Shown here piece by piece: positions 29,801 to 32,000 of a DNA stretch of 32,000 bases. Source of the stretch: an uncultured archaeon. GTDB lineage: Archaea > Asgardarchaeota > Thorarchaeia > Thorarchaeales > Thorarchaeaceae. Position 1 is the first letter of the stretch; every line of letters starts with the position of its first letter. Location of the stretch: assembly GCA_964648855.1 (NCBI GenBank), contig CAZYLT010000008.1, forward strand, positions 1-32,000, written 5' to 3'. The notes below the pieces were generated by a model. That model did not search any database and was not told the DNA's origin. It saw only the letters and a program-made list of their open reading frames with translations. Both the position numbers and the translations under genes were made by a program.

Positions 29801-31597
29801 ATGATCATTATCAGTATCCACTTTTGTGGGATCCAATCCCATACTTTTCTCTAATTCATCCCATAGACCATCTCCATCAAGGTCTAAGTTGGCGTGGTCG
29901 TCGGTGGGCGGATTCGTGGCGCTATCCTTTAATTGGATAGAAAGAAATGGGACCGTATCTTTCCAAGATTTTGTGATGTCGAACTTGAAGATCCAGAATA
30001 GGGATGCATAGAACTTGAAGAATAGGTTGTAGAATAGTCCTACCTTGAAAGATTCTCCCTCGTGACCAAATGACGCTTGTGCCAAGATCCCTGTTTTTGC
30101 TTTCAGCTTCACTCCTAGCTTTATGAAATCCAGGGGAAGGCTAACTCCTATGGCATCCTTGATGTAAGATGCCGGTGATGGCAAGCTAAGAGAGATATCA
30201 AGACCAAATCCGACCTTTAGAGTGACATCTTGTTGTGACGCCTCTTTAGTGGCATTATAGTTCATCCCAAGCATAAGCGATAGATAGTTGACCAGATTCA
30301 CTTTCATGTTCAAGAGGTCCATTATAGTAGTAACAGTTTTCCCCGTGCCAGGAATGAGGTAATCGAGAAAAGTTGCTAAGGGAATACCGAGCTCAAAGCC
30401 GAAGTCAATGGAGAATGAACCCCCCATGAACTTGAATGGATTGCCAGCTATTGAAGGGTTGGCATCAGCAATCTGCTGAATGAAGTTGCCTATACGCAAA
30501 GTAGCGCTGAGCTTTGGAGTTAGCTCCAGTGTAACAGAATATCCCGCAGCCTTGAAGACCTCCTTTAGCCCCAGGACCTCTGTCAGATCGAGCGAACCGT
30601 CCTCTGCCTGTACAGTGAATACCAAATCAACATATTCTGGCATGTACCAGGGTCCAGTCCCAATACGAGGATCAACACCGAAATCGATGGGAATTTCGAA
30701 TGGAAACTCACCTGTGTTCGAGTTTCCAGCACCCATCTTCTTCATCTCAATTGAGCCCTCACCAGTAGAGCCACTATTGATTTTTGATTCGTCGAAACTG
30801 ACATGTGTTGAATTTGAGTCGTACCAATCGCCATAATCGAAGCCCGTAACAAGTAGTATCGTCATAAAGACATCAATAATCCAGCCCCATGGCCCGCGAG
30901 AATCAGTTTCATCCTGTGTATAGTCAATATAGAAACCATCCAGTGAGTTCTTCGGACTAATTGTCCTTTGAATTATGGTGTTCAAATTGCTCAACAGATA
31001 GAAACTGGTTATGTCAAATAACTGATCAGAAATCTTCTGTCTTTTTGGTTCAGTTGATTTGAAGATCTCATATATTGAGCATAATGCTCCAAGTAGTGCT
31101 ATTTCAGCATCAATTGAACCCTGCAACGTATGAATGCTGTGTTCAGGTAGCATTTTACTAAGAATGCTGGAGTGACAGACTTGGAAGATATTATGCTCAA
31201 CATCAGCATTCTCCATAATTTTGCTCAAAGCCGTCCAAGATAAGACGTCTGAACCGATCTCCATTCCGCGTTGCGTCCCATGAAATACGTAGACATTCAT
31301 CTTGGAACCGCTCAGGCTACGAACAAAGTGTTCTTCTGACCATATTGGGATTCTTTGTGCAGATAAATCAGATTTCGACAACTCTTTGTAGAGCCTGTCC
31401 GCAGTTTTTCTGGAAATCCTGTCCATTGAATTGAAGAGAATCTTGACCAAATATCCATCATGAGAAGAATCAGCTTCAAACGCATCAGAATGTAAATGAA
31501 AACTTGGTTGAACAATTTCAGCTGAACTGACTGCAACAACTAATGGATTGACCAGCAAAGATAGAACTAGAAGTGTAGAATAGACCTTAACTCTCAT
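26876..31597 (-). CDS. 1573-aa secreted, C-terminally anchored protein: caspase/gingipain-like N-domain, beta-rich central domain, ~29 Ca-binding DxDxDG repeats, C-terminal beta domain, TM
   Basis: Signal peptide; VYVFHG...IFQVCHS; repeats of P-x-x-x-D-[ST]-D-x-D-G-L-x-D-x-x-E; FCNITIPRNLL...YQHSEHHVEIRGT; TM followed by KKRK. Confidence 0.85.
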   Translation of the reverse strand: MRVKVYSTLLVLSLLVNPLVVAVSSAEIVQPSFHLHSDAFEADSSHDGYLVKILFNSMDRISRKTADRLYKELSKSDLSAQRIPIWSEEHFVRSLSGSKMNVYVFHGTQRGMEIGSDVLSWTALSKIMENADVEHNIFQVCHSSILSKMLPEHSIHTLQGSIDAEIALLGALCSIYEIFKSTEPKRQKISDQLFDITSFYLLSNLNTIIQRTISPKNSLDGFYIDYTQDETDSRGPWGWIIDVFMTILLVTGFDYGDWYDSNSTHVSFDESKINSGSTGEGSIEMKKMGAGNSNTGEFPFEIPIDFGVDPRIGTGPWYMPEYVDLVFTVQAEDGSLDLTEVLGLKEVFKAAGYSVTLELTPKLSATLRIGNFIQQIADANPSIAGNPFKFMGGSFSIDFGFELGIPLATFLDYLIPGTGKTVTTIMDLLNMKVNLVNYLSLMLGMNYNATKEASQQDVTLKVGFGLDISLSLPSPASYIKDAIGVSLPLDFIKLGVKLKAKTGILAQASFGHEGESFKVGLFYNLFFKFYASLFWIFKFDITKSWKDTVPFLSIQLKDSATNPPTDDHANLDLDGDGLWDELEKSMGLDPTKVDTDNDHLSDGNELLYYFTDPLQNDTDQDGLIDSEELALFYAAGLDPLADYDNDGKPCIIDYDSDNDGLNDKQELKGMNSAHWLEVIKTNPSLKDTDFDGFTDSEEWAFAGPDLEDPHPHPLKKDSDDDGLWDKAEYDWYENFYGVPSPVLYILNPDVDGEGLLDGEEFDYGTSPLDIDTDGDFDLDNDNYINATEQSRAVNSGTNGNFDDYGEIHGNTWNGHPFGLDDCKPLNPTPTNPLKKDSDNDGTTDVEEYANDTNPVEDDSDGDGINNVADFFFFNANCSEPDTDSDGLMDGIEVQYYNLTRGISNETIANLHYLNNSDVDNDGILDGMELRIGTDPLNNDTDSDQLLDGQELEIGTSPLVSDSDGDSLLDGVEVHVYATDPLRRDTDNDGLSDATEVAEGQMYILYHGNVTYFTDPNDPDSDDDNLTDGEEYFGWNWAVDRRVATGSTDIQEPIQEEDDEYILRELFASPDPYRARFQTHPMEADTDSDGLADGLEKEIVLSPVTNDTDADGWLDVDEIAYMEGRFLKGWNEVPDIWHYHDYDKDGISDFIEEQEGTDMLMPDTDMDGLDDWTELYVPTSVASSNYSTFDPNVGITVTTNTSLPENRRYTSPIEADTDHDGINDYHELMNGTNPLHPDSDGDGLSDYDEIVTYHAYEGLQPTRVSLDPLNNDTDADGLTDLDEVLYCEERAADSGNSAHAPLGDFDNDGVVNILDYDSDNDGIYDGFEVFEYQNPSLSWYPLGTDMFDPDQDSDMWLDGIDTDFDNDLLSDYHELNMIIPGYTYTTLGDENTTFRHYSHLINHTLCFLEDTDGDGYNDGYEVDFGSDPLNPSNFPKILIWTVPDLGYNIDFRTNSDIQNPSFIEEEGVIEFDIAGEDDTIGFCNITIPRNLLYAPHNEWDVLFDGEAIDYVADSNETATVIHLTYQHSEHHVEIRGTDVLVPHGGSDFLPLLLIGSVAGVVIVVMLVFFMKKRK

Positions 31598-31897
31598 GGT
31601 GTGACGCGTCCCTTTGGGTAATCTGAGTTATTTGGCGCTATTTATGTTCTACGTAAGATGGTTCTGACTAGTATTTTGATGTGGCGCTTGGATTGCATCG
31701 ATATCGGAAGATGCATCTAGGAGATACATTATCTTGAGCATGGCTATTTGTTTCACTTAGCTCGACTCCTTTCAACTAGGCACAATCAATATGGTCCACG
31801 TATCACCTAGTTTGCCAACTATAAGAATTAGAAGTCATTCTTAATAGTGGGTTTGACGCTCTGATTTTAGAAGGCACAAGACTTGGAGGAATGAGAT

Positions 31898-32000
31898 TTG
31901 CTTAATCAACTGCAAAAAATGTATTTTGGAATGGCGAGATTGGGTCCAAGCATCATGCTCGATATGCTGGACCTTGCGAGTGCACTATTCTACTTCTCGA
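31898..32000 (+). CDS. Start of a membrane transporter, possibly MFS (GPH-like), running off the window
   Basis: GGAGG at 31885, then TTG 31898 opens MLNQLQKMYFGMARLGPSIMLDMLDLASALFYFS with no stop before the window end. Confidence 0.5.
   Translation, partial: MLNQLQKMYFGMARLGPSIMLDMLDLASALFYFS

Noticed and set aside
27330-29890. Periodic nucleotide similarity suggestive of CRISPR or DGR repeats
   Set aside because: The repeats are degenerate codons for DxDxDG units within one ORF. There are no identical repeats with spacers, no reverse transcriptase and no adenine-specific template/variable pair.

Overview
Archaeal chromosomal window, most consistent with an Asgard archaeon (Thorarchaeia-like). 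That is inferred from the Rab-like GTPase, the orphan multi-PAS kinase and the style of the C-terminally anchored surface proteins. Left half (1-16.9 kb): a tandemly duplicated cassette of [large NosD/beta-helix surface protein]-[small membrane protein]-[EamA/DMT transporter], each copy followed by a convergent PAS gene (frameshifted in copy 1, an intact 4xPAS histidine kinase in copy 2). Right half: MaoC dehydratase, alpha/beta hydrolase, tandem SRPBCC protein, phytol/dolichol-type kinase, TauE exporter, Rab-like GTPase, CopA with two YHS domains, and a 1573-aa Ca-binding-repeat surface protein whose N-terminus carries a caspase/gingipain-like His-Gly...Cys dyad. The most striking unexplained element is a ~420-nt GC-rich, highly self-complementary intergenic segment (17647-18064) behind a well-placed TATA box. 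It looks like a large structured ncRNA but lacks the canonical SRP helix-8 and RNase P signatures. Several gene remnants are absent from, or only partly captured by, the ORF track. No CRISPR array, tRNA, rRNA or transposase was seen. All family calls come from motif recognition by eye; no database searches were run.
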